Origin: an uncultured Opitutales bacterium
GTDB taxonomy: Bacteria > Verrucomicrobiota > Verrucomicrobiia > Opitutales > Intestinicryptomonadaceae
Direction of reading: 5' to 3'
DNA: 32,000 nucleotides
Assembly: GCA_934613415.1 (NCBI GenBank)
Contig: CAKTSY010000003.1
Coordinates: 120,001 to 152,000 of the forward strand
The translations under genes and the position numbers were made by a program. Shown here one piece after another: positions 17,176 to 24,701 of the stretch (position 1 is its first letter; each line of letters begins with the position of its first letter). Below the pieces are notes generated by a model. It made no database searches. It had not been told where the DNA came from and saw nothing but the letters and a program-made list of their open reading frames with translations.

Positions 17176-18165
17176 TTATTTCTTTGCGTTAACATTCTTT
17201 TCAAGCTTATCCAAAAAATCGCCTACAATATACGACTTGTCTTGTATCGAATCGCTTATTCTTGTGCCCTTTTCTATATTTACGGCAAACTCTTTTTTTA
17301 TCGCTTCGCCGTCAGTCGAATACTCTACAACTTCAAGTTTCTCACAAGACGTCTTTATTTGCTCGTATTCAGCCGAGGCCTTATCGGGATTTTTATAGGC
17401 AAAGTATCTGTTTATTTCAATTTGGCGCGGAATTTCAACTTCGCCTATTTTTGCGTAATCCAAATATTTTATTTCGCATTCTACGGGCATTGTGTCTACA
17501 ACCATACCGTCTTTCTCCAAACTTTTATTTAGCTGCAGCGAACTGATTTTGCCGTCTTTTATGCAAATATTGTAGTTTTCGAATACGTCTTTGCCCTTAG
17601 AACTATAGGTATGCACCTTAAAGAGTGCGTTTATAGTATCGCCGTTTTTTGTTAACGAAAGTTTGCCGTTTTTAAGCAAATCCTTAAAACCTACCCATGT
17701 GCTAAGTTGAGGGAACACGGGAATGCTTGTTAAATATTGCGTAAAAATAGGTTCTTCTAACTCATACGAAAAATCCTCTACAACGGCATATTTTAAATTT
17801 TTATAAAGATATAACGATTTCTTGCCGTTGGTATAATAAAAAATTTCGCTTTCTTTTTTAGAGCCTTGTGGCAATGCGCGCTTTAAATTTAAAACGCGTT
17901 CGCTACCGTTCGAAGCATAAGTTGCAAAACATTCGTTTTGCCTTAGCTTGGTTGGGTGTGCAAGCTCTTGCGCTATTGTGGCTTTGTCTATCTTTGCAAT
18001 TTCCAGCACCTTTGTTTTGTTAAATTCCTGAAGTTGTATTTTATATTTTACTATAAGCTCAGCCCTATCCAAAGCCTCCCACCCATTCAGCAAATTAAAT
18101 ATTTCCTGCGAATGTGCCACTGCGCAGGCAAACATAAGCACAACAATAAGATTTATTTTTAGCAT
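17176..18165 (-). CDS. Exported hypothetical protein (possibly LolA-like beta-rich fold)
   Basis: This 329-aa ORF has the signal peptide MLKINLIVVLMFACAVAHSQ. Its stop is 6 nt from the next start. I recognise no family motif; the fold suggestion is inference only. Confidence 0.6.
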   Translation of the reverse strand: MLKINLIVVLMFACAVAHSQEIFNLLNGWEALDRAELIVKYKIQLQEFNKTKVLEIAKIDKATIAQELAHPTKLRQNECFATYASNGSERVLNLKRALPQGSKKESEIFYYTNGKKSLYLYKNLKYAVVEDFSYELEEPIFTQYLTSIPVFPQLSTWVGFKDLLKNGKLSLTKNGDTINALFKVHTYSSKGKDVFENYNICIKDGKISSLQLNKSLEKDGMVVDTMPVECEIKYLDYAKIGEVEIPRQIEINRYFAYKNPDKASAEYEQIKTSCEKLEVVEYSTDGEAIKKEFAVNIEKGTRISDSIQDKSYIVGDFLDKLEKNVNAKK

Positions 18166-18188
18166 AATTTATCTGTTTTAAAATAGCC

Positions 18189-19160
18189 TTACATTGCCTT
18201 TGCACTACCGGCAATAGACAATTTCAAATCGTCGTCCGAAATCGGCACTACGTTAAACTTTTCAACTACAACAACGTTAAGTACGCAATACTCCGTATCC
18301 GAATAGGTTGTTATAGAGCAGATTACGCCGGGGTAAAACAGCATTTTGTCGGCCGCATATATTCTGCAAACGCAATCCACTATTTTGCTTTTAGGGTTTT
18401 GCGGGTAAAACGCCTCTACTGCGGAAATAAAAACTCTCTTGCCGTCTACGCTAAACATGGCGCGCGCGCAAGCGTCGAAACAGCGCAAAAGATTAAAACC
18501 GTCTTTTGTTTTTTCAATAGAAACACTTTGGGGCAAGATTTTTGCGGGGGTAATATACCTAAAAAACGGATTTAACAGGTACATATGTATAAAAGGGCTT
18601 TCAAAATATATTGCAGCATCTTCCGACAACGCTGCAAGAGAAAGCGGTTTAGTTTTTGCGTCGTATACGGAAAGAATGGAATCGACCACCGATACGGCGT
18701 CTTTGCCATTATTTTGCGTCTTTACATTGTTTTTAATTACTGTTTCGGACAGGAGAACTGATTTTTGGTTGTTGCCGCGCATAGAAAAATCTATTAGCGA
18801 CACAACCCCGTTTTTGCAAGACGCCTCAATTTCTCCAAGCTTTTGCCTTAATTGCGTTAATTTGCCATCATTTCGTTTGCATACAAGCGGCTCGTTTTTT
18901 ACGAAACCCAACAAAGCGTCGGCCTCGGCTTTTGGCAAAGTATATTCGAATTTTTCCACACGCATTGCAATGCCGATTTGCTTGGCATTGTAGTAGTTAA
19001 GGAGATTTTCCCGCAACAGCCCTACATTCGGTTCGCCGTCTATGTTTGGAAGAACAAAGTCTACCGCCGCGGCAGAAAACCCGCAAAACATAAAAGCAAA
19101 AGAAAATATATACGCCAAAAACATTCTATTTGCCGCGAAAAATGCACATCTTGCCCGCAT
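18189..19160 (-). CDS. Exported hypothetical protein (possibly LolA-like beta-rich fold)
   Basis: The ORF is open from GTG 19175. ATG 19160 gives MRARCAFFAANRMFLAYIFSFAFMFCGFSAAA, a plausible signal peptide. It is the first gene downstream of promoter cassette C. Confidence 0.55.
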   Translation of the reverse strand: MRARCAFFAANRMFLAYIFSFAFMFCGFSAAAVDFVLPNIDGEPNVGLLRENLLNYYNAKQIGIAMRVEKFEYTLPKAEADALLGFVKNEPLVCKRNDGKLTQLRQKLGEIEASCKNGVVSLIDFSMRGNNQKSVLLSETVIKNNVKTQNNGKDAVSVVDSILSVYDAKTKPLSLAALSEDAAIYFESPFIHMYLLNPFFRYITPAKILPQSVSIEKTKDGFNLLRCFDACARAMFSVDGKRVFISAVEAFYPQNPKSKIVDCVCRIYAADKMLFYPGVICSITTYSDTEYCVLNVVVVEKFNVVPISDDDLKLSIAGSAKAM

Positions 19161-19201
19161 TAACCCAAGTACCACAGTACCTTTCTTTCCTAACTGGTAT
19201 A

Positions 19202-19257
19202 AGAATAAGTTTTACGCATAACACAGTCAAGGCTTTTGTGATACTTTTATGTTTTCG
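19202..19257 (-). promoter_or_regulatory. Island promoter cassette, copy C
   Basis: On the minus strand: ACATAAAAGTATCACAAAAGCC-TTGACT (19230-19225), 17 nt (gtgttatgcgtaaaact), TATTCT (19207-19202). Confidence 0.45.
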
Positions 19258-19283
19258 CAAATACAGTTGGCATTTTGAGTGTT

Positions 19284-19326
19284 TTTACAAAAAGAAATGC
19301 CTTTTACCCGCAAAGGTAAAAGGCAT
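19284..19326 (-). terminator. Rho-independent terminator downstream of the DUF1573-like gene
   Basis: A perfect 11-bp stem (atgccttttac at 19297-19307, gtaaaaggcat at 19316-19326) with an 8-nt loop is followed on the minus strand by tttctttttgt. Confidence 0.65.
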
Positions 19327-19523
19327 GATGGTGTACTATTATAAAAATTTGGGGTCGGCGTTGAGAGCTCTGAACATTTTAGGCTTATTTGGCAAGACCT
19401 ATAACTCCCAACACCAAACTTGATTTGTATGCTTACATATTTTTGTTATTATGCAAGACAAATTTTTTATTTTTAATATTGCAAGCTTTATAAAGTTTGT
19501 ATAATATACAATAATCTAAACAC

Positions 19524-20165
19524 TTACTTTACCAAGGCATGCACGGCAAGCGTTTTGCTTAGGCCGTTGTCGTTTTTTAAGACTATTTTTACAGTGTCGC
19601 GCAAAACCGTGTTTGTGCTTAGCGGAGTTATTGCAATGTTGTGTTTATTGCCGCGGCTTGATGTTTTTACGGCAAACTTTGCATTATTGCAAGATACAGA
19701 TTCTATTTTCCAACTTGGATCTGATATTGTAAGAACCGCATTTTTTGGAGTGATTTTTTCGTTAGTGCGCCAATAAACCAAGCGTGGGTGCAGCTCTACC
19801 TCGTTTTTTATTTTAATTTTAAGGGTCAACTTAATTTGCGGTTGCGAAATATCGTCGGTAAAAACAATTATTTCGTTTTCCTGAACGCCCTTTTTGTCGC
19901 CGCCATAAAAAGTTCCGTTTATTTGCCCGGTTTCGTTTGTAGCATAAATGCTTTTATCTAATTGCGGGATTGTGCACGAACAGCTAGATTTTACATTTAA
20001 TATTTTAACGGTTTTAGAACCGTTGTTTTTAAATTTAAACACAAATTTATAAGGCTCGTAATTAGGAGCAATCTCGTCTTCTATAGAAAGCCTTTCGAAC
20101 ACAATTTCGCCAACGGCAAAATTGCAGCACAAGAACATAGCAACTACATTAAATATACGTTTCAT
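19524..20165 (-). CDS. DUF1573-like exported protein
   Basis: After a signal-like N-terminus, FKFKNNGSKTVKILNVKSSCSCTIPQLDKSIYATNETGQINGTF matches the DUF1573 pattern (F.F.N.G...L.I..V..SCGCT) as I remember it. Confidence 0.6.
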   Translation of the reverse strand: MKRIFNVVAMFLCCNFAVGEIVFERLSIEDEIAPNYEPYKFVFKFKNNGSKTVKILNVKSSCSCTIPQLDKSIYATNETGQINGTFYGGDKKGVQENEIIVFTDDISQPQIKLTLKIKIKNEVELHPRLVYWRTNEKITPKNAVLTISDPSWKIESVSCNNAKFAVKTSSRGNKHNIAITPLSTNTVLRDTVKIVLKNDNGLSKTLAVHALVK

Positions 20166-20430
20166 ATAAATTTATTTTGAAAAGTTTTGTAAATATTACC
20201 GTAGCGCAAGCGGCATTACGAATGGCAAAAGCCTGCAGTTGAAATCGTTTTTACTACAACTTCCACACAAATTACATGTTTCCAGCGAATTTTGCATTAT
20301 GAGACAAGCATTAGTATATATTTCTGTTCTTAGTTCATTTCGCAATGCAATATCTATATCTGAAACTATATAAATATTAATTCAACTACAAAACAAATTC
20401 CAAATCGGCAAGCTTATGAACTCGTCAATC

Positions 20431-21450
20431 TCATAGCTGCGGCATTATTTTATAACTTCGTAGGACATCATCAAAAAATGATTCAAAAAACACATTCGCG
20501 ATTTGCATATTTGAATTGGCATCTTTTACAATGAAAATGTACTTAAAGTAGACTTCATTTTCTCTCGGGCATACCTGCTCTATGAGAACATATAGAGGAT
20601 CCATAGGAATAATTCCAACAACCCTAGTATCATTTGATTCTCGCCTAGATTTATATTTAGCTCCGATTTCAAATACTTTCATTTTCAATAGGTCATTAAC
20701 TTTGCGCCTTGAACTTTCAGTGTAAAATGATGTTACCAAATCTACATCTCCAGAACTTCGTGCTTGAACAAATGCATCATAAAAACCTGATACATCTGAT
20801 TGTTTTTTAAAAAAATTCATCTTACTAAAATCGAAAATGGTAGAAAATTTAAGTATCGGAGCTTTTGTTGCATTATCACATCGCCCGAAGCCATATGTCT
20901 TGTAGTCTTGGGACTTATAAAAAGCCAACAAAGAATACGAACATAGAGACTCTAGGGCATTATTGATAGATACAACTCTTTTATATGTTCCATCAATATC
21001 CTTTTTAAATGCAAAATATGACACCAAACTTTCCCCTGTTTTAGAATCGTTCACTTTGTAAAAAACTTTGAATACATCATTAAATTGAAATACATCAAGT
21101 AAACGCACAGATTTAAAATCGATATTTTGCGATGAAAACTTTTTTAATATTCTTTGAGTCGAAAAAGAATCGTATCCAAGCGACATGTTTTCTATTAAAG
21201 TCCTATCTTTTTTTTGCAACGCCTCAAAAAAATCGTTTATTCTCTTTGAAGGCAAATCATCTGCCAAGAACTTATTTTTAATGTCTACAATGTCCGAATT
21301 TACAGGAAATCGTTTTATGGCAAAATGCGCATTTGTCTTTACCGTGCTTCCATCATCTAAATCAATATATACAGGTACCAAGGAAGCAACATCTGCATAT
21401 ATACAAGCTGTATAGACAACAAATAAAACTGTCGATAGAATTTTTTTCAT
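20431..21450 (-). CDS. Exported hypothetical protein with two tandem NTF2/SnoaL-like halves
   Basis: This 339-aa ORF has the signal peptide MKKILSTVLFVVYTACIYA. Two segments open alike (DFFEALQKKDRTLIENMS; GFYDAFVQARSSGDVDLVTSFY) and end in beta-rich stretches (SYFAFKKDIDGTYKRV; FKYIFIVKDANSNMQIANV). Confidence 0.55.
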   Translation of the reverse strand: MKKILSTVLFVVYTACIYADVASLVPVYIDLDDGSTVKTNAHFAIKRFPVNSDIVDIKNKFLADDLPSKRINDFFEALQKKDRTLIENMSLGYDSFSTQRILKKFSSQNIDFKSVRLLDVFQFNDVFKVFYKVNDSKTGESLVSYFAFKKDIDGTYKRVVSINNALESLCSYSLLAFYKSQDYKTYGFGRCDNATKAPILKFSTIFDFSKMNFFKKQSDVSGFYDAFVQARSSGDVDLVTSFYTESSRRKVNDLLKMKVFEIGAKYKSRRESNDTRVVGIIPMDPLYVLIEQVCPRENEVYFKYIFIVKDANSNMQIANVFFESFFDDVLRSYKIMPQL

Positions 21451-21651
21451 AGTTAGTCGATTATAGGATATGAATACGAAAATGTATAATTATATATTTT
21501 TAGCGAAGCGGTATATACCAACCTTGATACAGAAAATGCATTCCCCGAGAGTATATTGTATGTATCTTTATTGCCTACATCTGCATTTGCCACGACCATA
21601 ATAGATAGTGCTCCTGGCGTTATTGAAAAGTCTCCAAAACATATATCACAA

Positions 21652-21711
21652 TCAATAAAGTCGCAAGCGTTTCATAAACGCAAACATTATTTTTATAATA
21701 TTAGTTCTCAT
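21652..21711 (-). pseudogene. Decayed copy of the small signal-peptide ORF (paralogue of 24546-24701)
   Basis: It has the same SD (aagaggtg) and start context as the intact copy. It reads MRTNIIKIMFAFMKRLRLY*. A 1-nt deletion relative to the intact copy (atgataacg versus atgaaacg) shifts the frame, and no Cys-containing mature part follows. Confidence 0.4.
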
Positions 21712-21795
21712 AAGAACACCTCTTTTGTAGTTGTAGGCAAAATAAAAATTTCGCATAACACAGTCAAGATTTTTGTAATATTTTTATATTTGATG
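21657..21795. repeat. 139-bp repeat, copy 1 (promoter + SD + signal-peptide coding start)
   Basis: Manual alignment to 24646-24785 shows about a dozen substitutions and one 1-nt indel over about 140 nt. The flanks on both sides are unrelated. Confidence 0.85.
21739..21795 (-). promoter_or_regulatory. Island promoter cassette, copy A
   Basis: On the minus strand: ATAAAAATATTACAAAAATC-TTGACT (21767-21762), 17 nt (gtgttatgcgaaatttt), TATTTT (21744-21739). Confidence 0.45.
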
Positions 21796-21884
21796 CAAAA
21801 GACATTATGGCATATATTGCAGGCTATAAAACCAAAAAAACTTTTTCAGACAATTTTTGCGCAATATCATTGCAAAGAAGTGCG

Positions 21885-22460
21885 CTACGGATTTTCGCTT
21901 GTTGGCACATAGCTTTTTGCAAGAGCAAGCCACTGTTCTAAAACTTCGCCCTCAAGAACGATTGGCTTTGAATATACCGTCAACTTATTTGGATCTAAGC
22001 CTCTAAATTTCACAAAATTGTTTAAACTGGCCGTTATTTTTATTGTTTTCACTTCTTTGGGTTTTGGATTTAGGATAACATTTTTTATAACCTCCAAAAA
22101 ACTTTCGACCAGTCCATAGACCAAATATTGGCTGTTTAGGCTATCATTATACGAATATCCGGAGCCGCACATTATATATTTTGGCAACCCGCACCCGCAA
22201 ACTATCCCTCCAATACTTCCGTCTTCATATATCACATCAGCATAAATCAATATATCCATAGAATTAACCGAAGCATTATTGCACGAAATTTCGCGCAAAT
22301 CCTTGGCATTATCTACAAAAAGCTTAAACGGCGCACGCAATTTTGGTTCTACAACCAAGCGCATTTTAAAGTTGTCGGCAAAAAACTTTAAGTCGCCTGC
22401 CGTGTCTGCCACGGCACACAACCCCAACATAAAAGATATACATATTATTAGCTTTTTCAT
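21885..22460 (-). CDS. Exported hypothetical protein
   Basis: This 191-aa ORF has the signal peptide MKKLIICISFMLGLCAVA. Its start is 1 nt after the upstream stop. It contains GGIVCGCGLPKYIMCGSGYSY. I recognise no family. Confidence 0.55.
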   Translation of the reverse strand: MKKLIICISFMLGLCAVADTAGDLKFFADNFKMRLVVEPKLRAPFKLFVDNAKDLREISCNNASVNSMDILIYADVIYEDGSIGGIVCGCGLPKYIMCGSGYSYNDSLNSQYLVYGLVESFLEVIKNVILNPKPKEVKTIKITASLNNFVKFRGLDPNKLTVYSKPIVLEGEVLEQWLALAKSYVPTSENP

Positions 22461-22461
22461 T

Positions 22462-22974
22462 TCACTTTAAGCATTTGCCGTTGCAATTCTGCTCATGATC
22501 CCATCCTTCACATGCACATGTAATATGTCCAGAAAACTGCACATCTTTGTTCCATTGTTTAATAACATTGTAGTGCCCTTGTTCATGCGTTACGATTTCT
22601 CCGTGCACTCTATTCCATGTGCCCCTACATCCACAACATTTTATTTTACCTGTATTATACTCAACCCATTCTGGAATAATATATCTTTGAAATCTGACTT
22701 CAACTTTAAAGGAAGCAAGGTCTGTGGCACAAGCTGCGAAACAAGAATCACCGTCAACCCCGCTATCTACTATCTTGTGTCTTATTACAATATTATTATC
22801 ATCATTATACGCAGTAAACCCAGCAAAATGACGTCCGTCCTTATCAATTATTTTCCATGTAGGCATTCCCGGTTTTGGAATTTTATTGTAATTCTCGCCG
22901 TATATATTTTCAGCGTTCAAAATGTATGCCTCTAACATAGCCATTAACGCAAAGAATATTTTAATTTTCTTCAT
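22462..22974 (-). CDS. Small exported Cys-rich HExxH protein, putative Zn-metallopeptidase (DUF922-like)
   Basis: This 170-aa ORF has a signal-like N-terminus, the HExxH motif in GEIVTHEQGHYNVI, and nine Cys in the mature part (CC, CxC, CGC). The layout FKVEVRFQRYIIPEW...TWNRVHGEIVTHEQGH resembles the DUF922 predicted secreted Zn-protease pattern from memory. Its start overlaps the upstream gene by 14 nt. Confidence 0.5.
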   Translation of the reverse strand: MKKIKIFFALMAMLEAYILNAENIYGENYNKIPKPGMPTWKIIDKDGRHFAGFTAYNDDNNIVIRHKIVDSGVDGDSCFAACATDLASFKVEVRFQRYIIPEWVEYNTGKIKCCGCRGTWNRVHGEIVTHEQGHYNVIKQWNKDVQFSGHITCACEGWDHEQNCNGKCLK

Positions 22975-24544
22975 AATATTTTATAACCCTGTTTTCATTT
23001 TCATCATAAATTACGCAAAACATTTTCGTATCGGTGGCAACCCTCGTTCTTACTAATGATTTCCCATCGGCAAAAATAATTTTTTGTGTCATCTCGCCAT
23101 TGCTTTCGTCTTTTTTTAAAATCTCTATTTTGCCGTCGGGCAAATGCTTCATTTCGTATATCGTTTCGCCGTTTAGCACTGTTTTTACTTTTTCAAACTT
23201 TTCGTTATAAAAAAACTCCCTTACATTCCCCTCCGAATCGCTTTCTCTTATTATGTCGCCGTTGGCGTTAAATAGGCGTGTAAGTTGCGTTTTCCATTCC
23301 TTATCGTTTGCAGACATCTTTTCGATTTTCCTTACTTTCATAGACGCTTTGCCCGGGGCTCCTATATACATTGTCTGTGTCTTTTCGCCTGTAGATGGGT
23401 TTTGCGTTATTTTTATCGCCTGTCTTACGCTATAGTCCCATATCTCGGCATAACGGTTTTCCGGCTTTTTGTAGGCTATGGTTACTTCCATTGTGCTGTT
23501 GTTGCGCCTGCGGTCTGCCTTAAATTCGCTATTATTATATTCTGGGCTATCTTTATCGTATAATGGGTTTCTTACTGCATATTCGCCGCCGCTGTCGGAT
23601 ATTATCATTCCAGTGGTTGCGTCCCACTCTATGTAGCCAGTAAGCCCACTGTTTTTATTAACTTGTTCAACCCTATTGGCTATAACTTTTAGCCCTACGC
23701 TTTCCCTTTCGTCTTTTGCAAGGCACTGGCGGTTTTTCTTTTCGTCGCAGGCTTTATAAGTATATTCAAGGCATTCGCCGTCTGTAAACTTTATAGACGA
23801 TACCAATTTGCTAAGCCCAATTACCCCGTTTTGCCCTATGGTTTTAAATTCTTTATAAAAAATTTGAATCGACTTTTTGTCTTTTATAAATCTTATTTCC
23901 GACAACAACCCTTCGCTATTATATGCAAATTCTACCGCTATTGCCCGTTTTGTTTGGTTGTATATTGCCGACGGAAACCCGTTGTTTTTATACGACACCC
24001 TAAAAACGTCGCCTCCCTCGCCAACGCAAAATTCCGCCAAACAACCGTTTTTAAATATAAACTTGTTTTTCGGATCTCGCACATTCGAGATATCTATTTG
24101 CTCGTTCTTGGCTATGTTCAGTTTCCAAGAGGCGTTTGTGTTTAATATATAGCTTTCCTTATAACCTCTTTCTGTTGTGGGAAGTTTGTTAAATGTATAT
24201 GTTCCATGGTTGGGGCTTTTCCATAAATACCTGCTGTTCGACAGCTTTACCGCCTTTGTTTCTATAAATGCTATACTCCAATATTGCCCCATATATTTGG
24301 GCTCTAAATATGGCGCCGTGCAAAACTTAAAAAACATATCTGCCCTACGCCCCTTGCCTAAATCTAGTTCGTAAAAAATTTTGTCTATTCGGGCAAATCC
24401 GTTGCTGTCGGCATTGCCTATGGGCGACTGCCTTGGCGAACGCACAAACTGAGCATTTGCCTGCAATGCAAACAACGCGCAAAATGCAAACACAACTTTT
24501 GCAGCATATATTGCAAAAACAAATACTTTGCGTAGCGAGTCCAT
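22961..24544 (-). CDS. Exported YD-repeat-like protein
   Basis: The likely start is ATG 24544 (MDSLRKVFVFAIYAAKVVFAFCALFALQANA), 1 nt after the stop of the small ORF; the track's longer extension overlaps that ORF. Degenerate YD-type repeats are visible: FRVSYKNNGFPSAIY, VEFAYNSEGLLSEIRF, CLEYTYKACDE, GYIEWDATTGMIISD, REFFYNEKFEKVKTV. Confidence 0.6.
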   Translation of the reverse strand: MDSLRKVFVFAIYAAKVVFAFCALFALQANAQFVRSPRQSPIGNADSNGFARIDKIFYELDLGKGRRADMFFKFCTAPYLEPKYMGQYWSIAFIETKAVKLSNSRYLWKSPNHGTYTFNKLPTTERGYKESYILNTNASWKLNIAKNEQIDISNVRDPKNKFIFKNGCLAEFCVGEGGDVFRVSYKNNGFPSAIYNQTKRAIAVEFAYNSEGLLSEIRFIKDKKSIQIFYKEFKTIGQNGVIGLSKLVSSIKFTDGECLEYTYKACDEKKNRQCLAKDERESVGLKVIANRVEQVNKNSGLTGYIEWDATTGMIISDSGGEYAVRNPLYDKDSPEYNNSEFKADRRRNNSTMEVTIAYKKPENRYAEIWDYSVRQAIKITQNPSTGEKTQTMYIGAPGKASMKVRKIEKMSANDKEWKTQLTRLFNANGDIIRESDSEGNVREFFYNEKFEKVKTVLNGETIYEMKHLPDGKIEILKKDESNGEMTQKIIFADGKSLVRTRVATDTKMFCVIYDENENRVIKYYEEN

Positions 24545-24545
24545 A

Positions 24546-24701
24546 TTATTCGCCCAACTCTTGCGACATATTATCTTCGCCAGGGTTGCCGCTGCAACCC
24601 TTGTCTCCAGGTTCGCAACCTGCGCAATCGTCTGCCAACGCATTAAAAGACGCAAGCGTTATCATAAGCGCAAATATTATTTTTATAATCTTAGTTTTCA
24701 T
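24546..24701 (-). CDS. Small secreted prepeptide (51 aa) with acidic Cys-containing mature region
   Basis: ATG 24701 is preceded by AAGAGGTG with a 6-nt spacer. The product is MKTKIIKIIFALMITLASFNALA|DDCAGCEPGDKGCSGNPGEDNMSQELGE. The stop TAA lies 1 nt before the next ATG. It sits about 20 nt downstream of promoter cassette B. Confidence 0.5.
   Translation of the reverse strand: MKTKIIKIIFALMITLASFNALADDCAGCEPGDKGCSGNPGEDNMSQELGE

Noticed and set aside
16601-17546. Multiple plus-strand ORFs of 78-130 aa rich in F/L/S/I within the island.
   Set aside because: They are antisense to AT-rich minus-strand genes. Phe/Leu/Ile-rich shadows are expected from the complement of Lys/Asn/Glu-rich coding sequence.
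20166-20430. A possible fifth copy of the promoter cassette upstream of the DUF1573-like gene.
   Set aside because: Only a partial resemblance exists (gttttgtaaatatt next to the start codon). No TTGAC-N17-TATTCT arrangement leaves room for a leader, so it is not counted.
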